Shown here: one piece after another, positions 11,742-23,807 of the stretch
Position numbering within the stretch: position 1 is the first letter of the stretch
Layout: each line of letters starts with the position of its first letter
Assembly (NCBI RefSeq): GCF_006345805.1
Contig: NC_043001.1
Location: 99,882,001 to 99,946,000 of the forward strand
DNA length: 64,000 bases
From: Octopus sinensis
Taxonomy: Eukaryota
Direction: 5' to 3'
Translations under genes and position numbers: made by a program
The notes under the pieces: model-generated
What the model was told of the DNA's origin: nothing
The model's database searches: none
What the model saw: the letters and a program-made list of their open reading frames with translations, nothing else

Positions 11742-13915
11742 TCATCATCATCATTCAACATCCATTTTCCATGCTGGCATCGGCTGGACGTTTGATCAGA
11801 GGTAGCAAGCTGCAGAGCTGCACAATGTTCCAGTCAGATTTGGCATGGTTTCTACAGCTGGATGCCCTTCATAACATGCCAACCACTTTACAAAGTGCAG
11901 ACTGGGTGCTTTTAATGTGACACTGAACAAGCTCTTTTATTTGGCGCTAGCATGTGTGCTCTTTAGGATGCACTGGCACAGGACACTTGCAGACCAATCC
12001 TCTTCACTAGGGGTGGGGGTGGGGGATAACACTTCCACTGTGGAGTGTGGGTCTTGGTCCTTTGTCATCTCATCTGAAAGGTTCAGTGTCCTGAGGTCAT
12101 CCTTCAGTACTTCATCCCATGTTTTCCTGGGTTTCTCTCTTCCATGTGTTTCATTTACCTTGAGAGATAAGCACTTCTTTATGGAATGCTTTATCAGGAT
12201 CCATCTGCATCACATGACCAGGCCAGTGCATTCTTCTCCGTTACACACAGCATTCAATTCTTGTTATGCACAACTTTTCTCTCAATACACAAACACTCTG
12301 TCACACATTTACACTTATGTTGCACATCTAGTGGAGTATACTAGTCTCATTCCTCTCTAATCTTTGCATGTCCTCTGCATTCCAGGCCCAGATCTCACTA
12401 CCATGTGGCATTGCTGTCCATATACATGCATCATACAATCTTCCTTTCACTTGGGCAGAGAAACCTTTGGTTACCAACAGAGGTACAGGTTCTCTGAATT
12501 TCCTCAATCCTAATCTTATTTTAGCTATTACACTCTCTGGACATCCTACACCACAACTAATTTGGTCCCCCCCAGGTAGCACAAATTATTCATTACCTCC
12601 AGTGAACCACTGGGGCATTTGAGAAAATCAATTTCCTGAGTTTCTCTAGTTTTTATGGCTCCTGTGCATCTTCCCAATACGAACACTACTTTCTCTGATC
12701 ATTTTCCTATTATTCCACTGCATCTCTTGTGTGTCCATAGTTTACACTTGGTACACCATATGGAGTTCCTATCAACACCTTTCCTATAAATTGAGTAGGG
12801 CTGCCTACCTGAAGTGGGTAGGGTCCTGTCTGTTTTCTTGCTTATAAACACCTTAGTCTTTGCTAAGTTAACCTTAAGGCCCTTAGACGCCAGGTTTTGC
12901 TTCCACACTTGTAATTTCTCTTCTAGCTCTGATATGAGGGCAAGATCATCAACATATAGTAGTTCTCAGGGGCTGCTGGTCTTGAATTTCACTGTTATGG
13001 CCTGAAAGACAATGATGGAAAAGAGGGGGCTGAGGGATGAACCTTGAATGCCTACCTATATACCAAATTCTTCGCTGTACTCATGGTTAACTCTCACCTT
13101 ACTGACAGCATTTCTGCACATGACCTGTACTGCCTTTACAGTCTACTCTTATACCCCTCAGAGTCCACCGTATCCTAAAGAGGGGCACTCTGTCAAAGGC
13201 TTTCTCTAGACCAATGGATGCTAAGTATAATGATTTATTCTTAGCTAGTACTGCCCTTGCAGTTACCTATGAAAATAGCATTAGTAGAGCCCCTCCCCAC
13301 AATGAAGCTAAACTGCAGTTTGTCTAGTCTAATTCTGTTCCTAATTAATTGGGCTATAACTCTCTCCATAATTTTCATCACCTAGACCAGGAGTTTGATG
13401 TCACTATAGTTGCTTCTATCTAAGTCGTCTCCCTTACCTTTGAAGCAGCTAATTCTATTGCTGCTACACAAGTCCTTGGATAATTATGCCTTCCTGAATA
13501 ACCTGATTAACTATGCGGGTGACTATCCCTACCCTACCAGATATGCGGGTGACTAGCCCTACCCTACCAGATATGCGGGTGACTAGTCCTACCCTACCAG
13601 ATATGTGGGTGATTAGCCCTACCCTACCAGATATGCGGGTGACTAGCCCTACCCTACCAGATATTTTGAGCATCTCAGCAGTGACTCCAGATCGATCAGG
13701 GACTTTCTCTGTTTTCATATCCCTAATTGCCTTATCTACCATTCTGCTGTCCACTAGGACAGCTGGTTCCTCTGTTGGGTTCACATGAGGGAGACTCCCT
13801 TTATCCCATTCATTCTTCACATTCAATAATCTTGCACGGTAACTCTTCCACATCTTTTTCTTGTCTGCATCACTAAATGGAAGCACACCATAATCTGTCC
13901 GCACACACTTTCACA
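11742..13915 (-). mobile_element. 5'-truncated RTE-clade LINE with 3' tail and (GAT)n end
   Basis: Minus ORFs give KAIRDMKTEKVPDRSGVTAEMLKISG, WKQNLASKGLKVNLAKTKV, and KIRLGLRKFREPVPLLVTKGFSAQVKGRLYDACIWTAMPHGSEIW. The 3' tail matches the dispersed repeat family and ends in GATGATGATGAT at ~11742-11755. Confidence 0.92.
13513..13662. repeat. Five tandem 30-bp repeats (ATGCGGGTGACTAGCCCTACCCTACCAGAT consensus) inside RTE ORF2
   Basis: Units start at 13513, 13543, 13573, 13603 and 13633, with 0-2 substitutions each. They read ISGRVGLVTR on the minus strand. Confidence 0.97.
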
Positions 13916-14799
13916 AATATAGAACTAATACTGTACCAGGGATTTTCTATTTCTTATCCTAAACGCACACACACACAGTCATCACTAAAGTGACGGAGGG
14001 AACTAGTAAGCACCAGCATTGCTTGAAATAAGAGCCCGCCTCCCTTGTAAGTAATAAAACCTTAATATTTGAGGGCAAATGATACAAGTACCAATTCTAA
14101 ACAGAAAAAGAACCAACACTGATGTGATTTGAACCACAGATGTTTTATTTGATTGGTGTCTGCATGTGTTTTGTTTTTTTCTAGAAAAACCATGTACTAA
14201 TGTCTCCTACCGCGTATGTGTGTGCATGTGTTTGCATGTGCATGCATATGTGTATGTGTGTGTTTGGGAGTTGGTTTATGAAAGACTGAGGAAGGAAGTC
14301 ATAGAATGATAAAGGAGGAGTGGTGAATGGAAATCTTGCACTTAAATTTTCTGACATCCATGAGAGTTAATTGATGTTTACTGTCATTCTCCTTAGAAGT
14401 TACACATGTATGTCTAAGTTCATTTATGCCAACCATAAACTACTGATGTGCTTGTTTCAATATATATGGTTGTGTATAATATTCTTGCATGTGTAGGTAG
14501 TGTTCCACACAAACTTTAAAGTATATGATACATACGCACAGACGTATTTCTCTCTCTTTTTCAGTTTACCTAGAATTTTCTTGCGTAAAAGAGGATAAAA
14601 TTTTTAAATTATGTAAAAAATATATAAGCTCATACAAAGTATGTGGGCTGAAAATTTAGCTACACAAAAAGTTTACTAAGGAAAGATTAAATCTACCCCT
14701 GAATGAAAGGGATTTAGGGAGTGTTGTCTAATATCAAAGCACAAGTTTTCTCTGATGTATGCAAGGGCTGAAGATCTCCATTTTTAGCATTATGATATA

Positions 14800-16260
14800 A
14801 GGGCAAAACCCCTCCAGATTCTCTTCCAGAGCTATCTTGCAAATGGCAAACTGCCAAGCAAGGTGAAGGAGGGAATAATATGCCCAATCCATAAAGAGGG
14901 ATGCAGAGTAGATGCCAAAAACTATAGGCCTATCTCTCTGACTTCACACATCAGCAAAGTCATGGAACGTATAGTCAGAGGGAAACTAATCACATTCCTT
15001 GAAGAAAACAACTCGCTGTGTGATACCCAGCATGGCTTTCGACCATGTAGGGGATACCTGATCCAGCTCTTACAACATTATGACTGGGTGTTAAGGCAGT
15101 TACTCAACAACTCAAATGTGGACGTAATGTAACTTGATTTTGCAAAAGCTTTTGACAAAGTGGATCATGGTATGATATGCCACAAACTGCTTGATCTTGG
15201 CATAGCTGGAAAACTTGGAGTGTGGGACCACTGCTTTTTATAGTGGCCCTCTCAGATATGTCCTCAAGTGCCTGGATAGCCACCCTTGCAAGCTATGCAG
15301 ATGATACGAAAGTCTCACAGAAAATACAGAACCCCAGCGATGTTGCACACCTGCAGCAGGAGTTGGATTCAATTTACAGATGGGCTGAGGATAATAATAT
15401 GCAGTTTAATGCTGAAAAATTCCAAGCCCTGCCCTACCAGCATCCAAAACTGAATACGAAACTTACAGGGTACACTGGTCCACAGGGAATTTCAATCCCA
15501 GAGCCTAAGTCTGTGAGGGACCTGGGTATCGACATGAGTGATGATACCTCTTTCCAAGTGCACATTACCAGGATGGTGACAAAGTGCAGATAACTGACTG
15601 GATGGATCCTGAGAACATTCAAAACCAGAGGTAAGGAAACCATGATGGTCCTCTGGCGGACACTCGTCCTCAGCCACCTGGATTACTGCTCAGAGCTATG
15701 GTCACCCAACAGTGTGAAATTAACAGTGGACCTTGGAGCAATCCAGAGAAGATTAATAAAGAAGATCGTCTCTTTGCAACTGCTCAGCTACTAGGAAAGG
15801 CTGAAGCAGCTAAGACTCTACTTCCTGGAGAGAAGGTGGGAGAGGTATACAGTAATATACATCTGGAAGGAATTGTGCCAAATTTTGGCATCGAAAGCTA
15901 TACCAATGCCAGAACGGGACAACACTGCATAGTGCCAAAGATCCCAGTAAAGCCATCGCACTTCAGGACCAGTTACTGCAACAGCCTAGGTTTCAGGGGC
16001 CCACAGCTTTTTAATATTCTCCCAAAGAGCCTGAGGAATCTGTACAAAGTAGATGTAGGGGTTTTTAAATCAAAGCTGGACCTTTTCCTGTCGAGAGTCC
16101 CAGATAAACCTAGCTCACGGCAAGAGGTGCAAATGAGGGTAGTTACATTAAACTGCATTTTTCACCAAGCGCCACATATTGGAGGAGGCTCTCAGTAATA
16201 AGTGTAGCAAAACGGCAGTACATCAGTATGGCTGCAGCTCTGAGCTGAAACTACAGAAAA
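14800..16260 (+). mobile_element. 5'-truncated CR1-like LINE (RT and C-terminus) with an internal deletion
   Basis: Translated segments are IICPIHKEG…NYRPISLTSHISKVMERIV, QHGFRP, LDFAKAFDKVDHG, GPLLF…YADDTK…LQQELDSIYRWAEDNNMQFN, and RDLGI…SLGFRGPQLFNILPKSLRN. Confidence 0.92.
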
Positions 16261-17179
16261 TATATATACGTGTGTGTGTATAACTCATGCACATACACTT
16301 GCAAATATACACTTTAAAATTTTAACTGCGTAATCTATTTTTTGGGTCACATTGTTTGTAATTATGAGGGTTTCATTTGAGGAGCACTACACTTGATTAT
16401 ACATGTCAGCTGACATGTATGGTTGACTGAAGGGCTAATTGTATGCAGGTGGGGTTTGCACATGTAATCCTGATTTCTCCCATACATCATATTCTACAAA
16501 CATCCAAAATGAAATTCTATTGTTTTTCTTCTGCAAAAAAATGCAAGAGAGCTTTATGTGTATATACTGTGTTTGTATGTATGTGTATATATATATGTAT
16601 AGATTAACAATTAAAGAGACATGTTTGGTATACACACATGAATGTACAAATATACATGTGTATGTATGTTTGTGTGCATGTGACCGTGGACATGTAAATG
16701 TATCTATTCATGTGTGTGTGTGTGTAGATGTGTATAGAAAATTCCCCTAAAATGTAATCAATTTATTAGATAGAGTAGAAAATGTCTCTAGGGGGAATAG
16801 CCTTAAGTCTGTTACTCTATTAATAGAGAGTGATAGTCTTAGTGTAATCAGAAAATATTTGTGATTGGTTATTTCTTTTCACAGTCTACTAATTCCAGCA
16901 ACTGATAATATCATTTTAAGCTAAACTGTGAGCGCCACGTCATGCTTGCAGTGTTTATCATTCAATATGATCAAACTTCTATATTTACATTATTAACCTG
17001 TTCAAACCATTTAAACAAAGCACTTCATCTCATTTATATTTCATTTGTTAGTCTAACGTTTTCCTCCAAACTTTCATATTGTAATTTACCTTTCGTTTGT
17101 ACAACTTGCTGTTTTATTCTCATTGAATATTTGATTTGTTCTATGCAAGTCTAACAATAATTTTCATAATATCTACTAG

Positions 17180-17305
17180 GGTGCTAAATCACAAATATTC
17201 ACCTCGTCAAGTTGTTGACCCAGGAGGAATTAATGTAACAACTTCATATATTCATGTTGTATCCTTCTCTTCGATAGATGCATTTAGAAATATAGGGTTC
17301 TTAAG
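17180..17305 (+). CDS. Candidate symmetric (phase 2-2) coding exon (VLNHKYSPRQVVDPGGINVTTSYIHVVSFSSIDAFRNIGFL)
   Basis: The acceptor is TTTTCATAATATCTACTAG, the exon is 126 nt and open, and the donor is AG|GTATCA. The peptide has protein-like composition but I recognise no homology. Confidence 0.4.
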
Positions 17306-17481
17306 GTATCATGCTCGAAAGTTAAATTGAAGAAGAAATTCTTAAAACACCAGTGTAAGTTAATCTAGTGACACCTGAGGATATTTAAGTTATTGAATTA
17401 TTTACTCTTTTCTCAACGATATCTGTCCCATAAAAAAGTTGAGATTAACTGAAATTTCATTGAACATCATCCACTCTCTTG

Positions 17482-17534
<53 letters not shown>

Positions 17535-18239
17535 ACACACACACACTGTCAGTATGAGTGTGCTCAAAGATTTGGCAATGTCCAGCACAGTGTTGCTCCA
17601 GTGCTTTAATGCTCTGCTTTCTTTCATTTGTTACATTCTATGTCACAATACCGATCCATATCCTTAATTTTCCAAACACAGGTTATCATCTGAATGCAAA
17701 TTACACACATAAAAACTGCATTACCTCCATGAACAAAGACTTCTACAACATCATGGAACAGGGTATTGGTCATCTAAAACTAGTTACTTCAAAAGCCTAA
17801 TGACACAATTACTTGCACATAAAATTCATGCACCCCCCCCACTGTTAACTGGAAAACATGCAATAAAACCCCTCAAAGACATTACAAATTCTCAGGCTAT
17901 CACTGCTGATCTTTCCTGCGAACCCACATAAGATTTACTAAAATTACATTTCAAAGTTTAGCTTGCTTCCTCAAGCAAGAAAATACTTAACCTCTGATTA
18001 TCAAAGCTCACATAAGATCCCTAATCCCATAACAGATGCTGTTCCTGCTGTTATACACCTAAACAGCCATCGAAATGATTGGCAATGGTCCAAAACAGCC
18101 CAGTCACTTCTTTCTGACTCTATCAGTTCTACAAATGACTCTGATCATCTGAACTAGATTCTTACCACCTCTAACTCTTTATCCTGTCTACTTGCACACT
18201 TTGGCAATAAGATGAAAATAAATGTTACTTTTCTCTGAA

Positions 18240-18620
18240 AACAGAATATTGTATAGAAGTGGATAAGCAAAACTGAAGAAGGGATAAGACATTGCAATTC
18301 TTGATCGGGAGTGTTACAAGAATTTTATGTTAGTAAAAATGAAAGATTGTGTTAGAAGGATGTTCTGTAGATGATAAATTTGTATCCAAGATGTGTAGGA
18401 ATCTATCATTCAAGATATAACCAAAACAAAATCAGATCTTAAAAATAATCAGATTCTGTAAAGTATATGTCAATGTCCATAGCAACTTCAATAAATACTT
18501 GGCATCTTTCTACATCTCAGAAAAGACCATTTTTTCACAATCTTCATAGTAGTACAAATAACAGTCTTTTGTCTAACAACAAAATCAAAATTTAGAAAGT
18601 CAACATGCTATTCTTACTAG
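18240..18620 (+). mobile_element. Possible highly decayed Penelope-like RT N-terminal fragment
   Basis: K.EEG..IAILDRECYKNFM resembles the Penelope KADKGxxIVIMDRxDY motif. The rest is unreadable. Confidence 0.35.
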
Positions 18621-19329
18621 TCTAAGCAGATGCCAAAGAATTGATTACCAAAATGAAAGGAGATGATAGAGCAGAATATCAAACAATTATTACAGTTATA
18701 GTCTTCTAAGAATCTGTAAATTATGGAAAACAGGCACTCATATATGTATCAACATAGTGGGTATATTAATCTTATACCATAGCATAGATCCATTCCTGAT
18801 GATTTTACAAACAGGTTTTGCACATAAACTAAGTAATTAGGTGACTGATTACCTAAGGCAATCATCATTTGAGGGGTCTGTATGGAATGAATGGTGACAG
18901 ATCTCTGCCACTGGAAGTAAGCAAATGTCATATCTAGTTTGTAGGTGCTGTGAAAAACTGGAATGAACCCACAGGGGAAACTTTGAAGGGAATTCATCAA
19001 GAGTTATGTCTCTCACTCAAAATGCTTGAGTGAGGGGAAACTGCCAGCAAAGTGAAGTTTGGGCAGAGGTAGTGTGGAAGATGGTTTTGTGTGTAGGGGT
19101 AGGTGAAATGAGGGGACAGGATGGACATCCAGTCTTAAACCCATCAGTGGATATGTATATGCATATGAGTATGCGTTTTTATATGTAAAGTTGGGTGTAT
19201 TAAATGCTGTGGTGATAGGAAATACTGTTGTCAAAAGCATTTATAATCATGAGCAAAAGGTACAAGAAGGTAAGAGATTTGTCAATGTTCTAAAGCATTA
19301 GGATCAGAGGTGTGAAGTGTTCTAGATTG

Positions 19330-21670
19330 CAAAGGAGTGTGTCAGAGAGAATAGAGATGTAGTCGGTGAGAAATATGCGTGAATGGATAATGTTATGCTT
19401 GCACTCAGTGTCTCAGAGAAGAAAGGTGCATGGAAGATTACTAAATGTGGAAAATAAATTGGAGAAGGAGAATCTTTCAAATATCAAATGAAGTGGAAGA
19501 CTGGCCATCAGAGTTGATAGCAGTATAATACATAAGGCAATTAAGGATATGAAGACAGGGAAAATCCTCCAGGACATAACAGAAGAATTCAAAAGTGAAT
19601 ACCCATGGGAACTACTATACACTGATGACCTTGCTCCTATCGCAGAATCTGTAGCAGAATTGGAGAAGAAATTCCAGGTATGGAAGCAAAACCTAGAATC
19701 AAAAGGCCTTAAAGTTAACCTAGCTAAGACCAAAGTTGTTAGCAGAAAGCAGATAAGACTAATTCCATCAGGTAAATTGGCCCTGCTCAATTTGTAGGAA
19801 AGGAGTGGGAAGTAATTCCATTTGCTGCACCCGGTGTAAGTATGGACACATAACAGATGCAGTGGAATCACAGGTAGATTAACAAATAAGGTCATCTTCA
19901 TGTGTGGCAGATGTGCGGGAACAATGGGCACTAAGAGCACTCTCAAATTCCCAGGAGGCTCTCTTGAGGTAGTAAATAGTTTCTGTTACTTAGGTGATCA
20001 AATTAGCAATGGGGGTGGATGCTCTGATAATATTGTTTTTAGAATATGAGTAGGATAAGTAAAGATCAGAGAGCTGTTACCTCTGTTGGCAACAAAAGAA
20101 CTCTCTCAGAGAGAAAGGTAGATTGTATGATACTTGTGTATGAACGGCTATACTCCATGGTAGAGAGACATGGGCTCTGAATGGAGAGGACATGTATAAA
20201 CTAGAGATAAATGAAGGCAGTATGCTCTGCTTGATGTGCAGTGTCAATGTGCATGAACGACAAAGCGTAAATGTGTTGAGAGAAAAGTCTGGCATAAGAG
20301 GAACCAGATGCAGCATGCAAGGGAGAAGACTTTGTTGGTTTGGACATGTGATGCGCATGAATGGAGACAGCTGTGTAAAGAAGTGCTGGTCTCTGAAAGT
20401 GGATGGCACCTGTGGAAGAGAGAGACCCAGGAAGACATGGGATGAAGTGGTGAGGACTGAGCTCAGGATGTTGGGGCACATGGAGGAAATGTCACTGGAC
20501 CAAAATGTCTGGTGATATAAGGTTCTAGAGAAGGCATACCTATATCAGTGAACCTGAGTTCTAGAAGCGTTGTGTCCCACCCATACGTAACAATAAAACT
20601 TTCACACACCCTACCCCAACAAACCAAACTACATCCCCCCTTCCCAAACTCTTTCTCTTCTCTTCTTCACATTTCCTCTTCATACTCTATTATTATTTCC
20701 CACACCCCAATCCAGTCCTCACTACCTTGGTCACTGTATCACTGCTTTCTCATCCCCTCCCCTCTACATACCTAGGTTCTCACCAGTCGTAGCATTCCCC
20801 ACTCTCACTCCTGACTCATGAATCCTTGGGATACCCTGCCAGCACCTGCCACCATTCATCTCTCTTTTCCTTACTCTACTACCATCCCATCTATGTCCTG
20901 ATCCCTGTTCCTTGTGAGTATATCCTGGCATTCTCCTATTCTTACTGTCTCCCACTCTCTCTCTTTCTGTCTCTCTCTCTCTCTCTTTCCTTTGCTCTGC
21001 CCTTTGGCTGAGTAGTCATGAATCTCTTTCTGCCCTCTTTCTGCCCTCATTCTTGATCACTCTCTCTCTCTGTCTCTGTATCTCTCTCCCTCTCCTTCTG
21101 CTCTTATCTTTGGCTAGGTGACCATGTATTTCCTTTACAGCAACACACCTCATTCTTGCTAACTCTCGCGCTCTTTCTCCCCCTCACTTTCTCTCCTGCT
21201 CTCTCTCTCTCTCTTCCTCTCTCTGGCTGGGTACCCATGGATCTCTTCTGCAGCAAGACATCTGTTTCTGTCTCTCTGCCACATTCTAATCTTTCACCAT
21301 CTGACACAAGATTACCTCCTCCAATGCCCCCTCCGCTCTCATAGATTCCTTGTCTTGCAAAGTTACTAGGTGACCCTGCCAGTGCAGGTACCTCTTAAAA
21401 GACATCCAGTCCATAGTGAAGTGGTTGGCATTTGGAAGGGCATCCAGTTGCAAAACAACATGCCAAAACTGACCTCACCTGTGCTTTTGCCACATAAAAA
21501 TCACTCAGTCCACTCAGTGTGTTGGCTGGTGTTAGGAAGGGAATTCAGGCATAAAAACCATGCCAAAGCAGACATAGAAGCATGTCACAGGCTCCTGCCT
21601 GGCCAGTTCCTGTCAAACCATCTAACCCATGCCAGCATGAAAGGAGGATGCAAAATGATGATGTTGTAGC
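19330..21670 (+). mobile_element. Internally deleted RTE-clade LINE with long CT-rich 3' UTR and terminal tail
   Basis: Translated segments are KAIKDMKTGK fused to ILQDITEEFKSEYPWELLYTDDL…WKQNLESKGLKVNLAKTKV, then WPCSICRKGVGSNSI, and RRLCWFGHVMRMNGDSCVKKCWSLKVDGTCGRERPRKTWDEVV. The tail ends AAATGATGATG at ~21655-21665. Confidence 0.92.
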
Positions 21671-21689
21671 CATAGGTAACCAATCACAT

Positions 21690-21790
21690 GTGTTCAAGTG
21701 AAGAGAATTCTTTAGAAGAGTTCTTTTCTCTGCCAAGCAAAGCCTGCAGGCATTGGAAGACTCCCGTGACATCTAGAAATACAATTGTTC
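21690..21790 (-). mobile_element. Penelope-like GIY-YIG C-terminal remnant
   Basis: The minus frame SNACRLCLAEKRTLLKNSLHLN resembles the PLE terminal CxLCLxEKxxIL…LN motif. Confidence 0.45.
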
Positions 21791-22754
21791 ATATCATTGA
21801 AATGTTGAAGACCATAAGATTACACAAAAGAATGAGCATAAAAGGGAATGTACAAACAGCTCATCATCAGCTGGTCAACTGGAAATCATTATGGTTTCAA
21901 TACCACGCAGCATTATGTAACCCAACACTGGTAACAGTACAGAAAATAAATACTGCTTGCAAATTAAGAGAAATAACAATAAAAACAAACATGTAATAGA
22001 AAAATTTTCTCATATATCATGATAATATGTAGCCTTCCCAACCAACAGCTGCAGAGAAAGTCATCTTAGATAAAGAACCAGTAATGAAAAAATTATTAGA
22101 ACCCAATGCTCGTTATGCTTTATTAATGACTTTTAAACAGACAGTACACTAATAAAACATCAAATTAATGATAAAATGCTAAAAATTAAAATTATGATTA
22201 ATGCAAAGAAAATTCTACTCTAAATAATTACACCATCCAACTAACACATGTGCTGTGCCCAACAGCTGACCCGTCACAGTTCAAAGACCAAGTAGAACTA
22301 AAATGGGAGTATAGGTGGTGACAGACACAAAGGAAAACAAACGGGTCAACTGTTAATTGCTCCAAACACACAGTATTTTCCACTTCTATCATATATTCCA
22401 CATACAAAATGCAGTCAGGCAATAATCATCCAATTAATGGTTTAATTAGAGTAATATAATGCTACATGGAGCTTAAAATGTTAAATTGTAGATATGAAAT
22501 AATCCCATGACTTTTTTCAATAATTTATTACAATGTTTTCATAAGTAAGAAGTAAAGTTTTTCATTAATAATTCATTTGTATAACCACATCCAATTATAT
22601 GCTTCATCAACAGTCAAACTTAATCAATAAACAAATCAACAACATTTAGTATTTGCTAGTATCAAATAACATCATTGGAACTGGGAAACACATTATATCC
22701 TGTTCTTACTGGTATGCAGCAGCAGCAGCAGCAGCTCCAACGTAAATGGTACTC

Positions 22755-22910
22755 TTTGGCTGAGTAGTCATGAATCTCCTCTACAGCAACAAACCTCTTT
22801 CTGCCCTCATTCTTGATCACTCTCTCTCTCTGTCTCTGTATCTCTCTCTCTCTCTCTCTCTCTCTTGCTCTCTCTCTCTCCTTCTCTTGCTCTTATCTTT
22901 GGCTAGGTGA
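22755..22910 (+). repeat. Ectopic near-identical copy of an RTE 3' UTR segment (source ~21002-21120)
   Basis: TTTGGCTGAGTAGTCATGAATCTC…CTCTTTCTGCCCTCATTCTTGATCACTCTCTCTCTCTGTCTCTGTATCTCTCTC…GCTCTTATCTTTGGCTAGGTGA occurs at both sites. Confidence 0.85.
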
Positions 22911-23199
22911 CTTGAAATAAAACTATCACTTATAATATTAGTTACCATATTATTATTGCTACTTAGCACTGCAACACACACACACACACAGTAGCAGCAA
23001 TTGTTAGAAATGAGAGTCAAAAACGTCTTGAATAGCCACATAGAGCACTAACCTCATGAAATTGATGGAATATGAGCAAGCAAGCAAGCTAAAGCAGCTT
23101 TCTATGGTGAGATAAACTCACAAAATGAAGTAAACAGATGTATCCTTATCCCGTGATTTCGAACTCGGATGATTATGATCTTATTTCTCGCCCCTCATT

Positions 23200-23745
23200 C
23201 ACTGGACAATGAACTTTGCTGGCAAAGACCTATTGAGGCAAGTGTAAACAAATCAAAATTGCTGATGTGGCTGATGACAGTACCGCCTGATTGGCACTCA
23301 TGCAAGTGAAACGTTAGAAGCACATCTGAGCATGATCATTGCCAGGGCTACAGATTGACTCCCGTGCCAGTGACACGTGAAAAGCACCATTCAAGTGTGA
23401 TCAAAGCCAGCATTGCCTTACTGGCACACGTGCTGGAGGCATGTGAAAAACAACATTAAAGTGTGGTTGTTGCCAGTGTTGGCGGACTGGCTCCTGTGCA
23501 AGTAGCACGTAAAAACACCTTTTGAACGTGGTCATTGCCAGAACTGCCTGACTGGCCCTCATGCCAGTGGCACATAAAAAGCACCCACTACACTCTTGGA
23601 GTGGTTGGTGTTAGGAAGGTCTTCCAGCTGTAGAAACACTGTCTGATCAGCTTCTGGCTCACCAATCCTCAGTCAAACCGTCCAACCAGCATGGAAAGCG
23701 GACGTTAAACGATAATGATGATGATGATGATAATGATGATGATAT
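23200..23745 (+). mobile_element. RTE-tail/SINE-like repeat with an upstream degenerate tandem array
   Basis: Repeated …GCCAGTGGCAC(A/G)T(A/G)AAAAGCACC…-like units are followed by AAAAGCACCCACTACACTCTTGGAGTGGTTGGTGTTAGGAAGG…AAACCGTCCAACC…GGACGTTAAACGATAATGATGATG. Confidence 0.85.
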
Positions 23746-23807
23746 ATATAATCAGAAATATTAAATTTCTAAATATCTCATAGAGATATGTAAGGTGGTG
23801 GAGCGAT

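Noticed and set aside
13513-13662. Regular repeats (also 53865-54020, 23200-23590) considered as CRISPR-like arrays
   Set aside because: The 30-bp units are contiguous with no spacers. The ~65-bp units have homologous rather than unique intervening sequence. The context is eukaryotic TE DNA with no cas genes.
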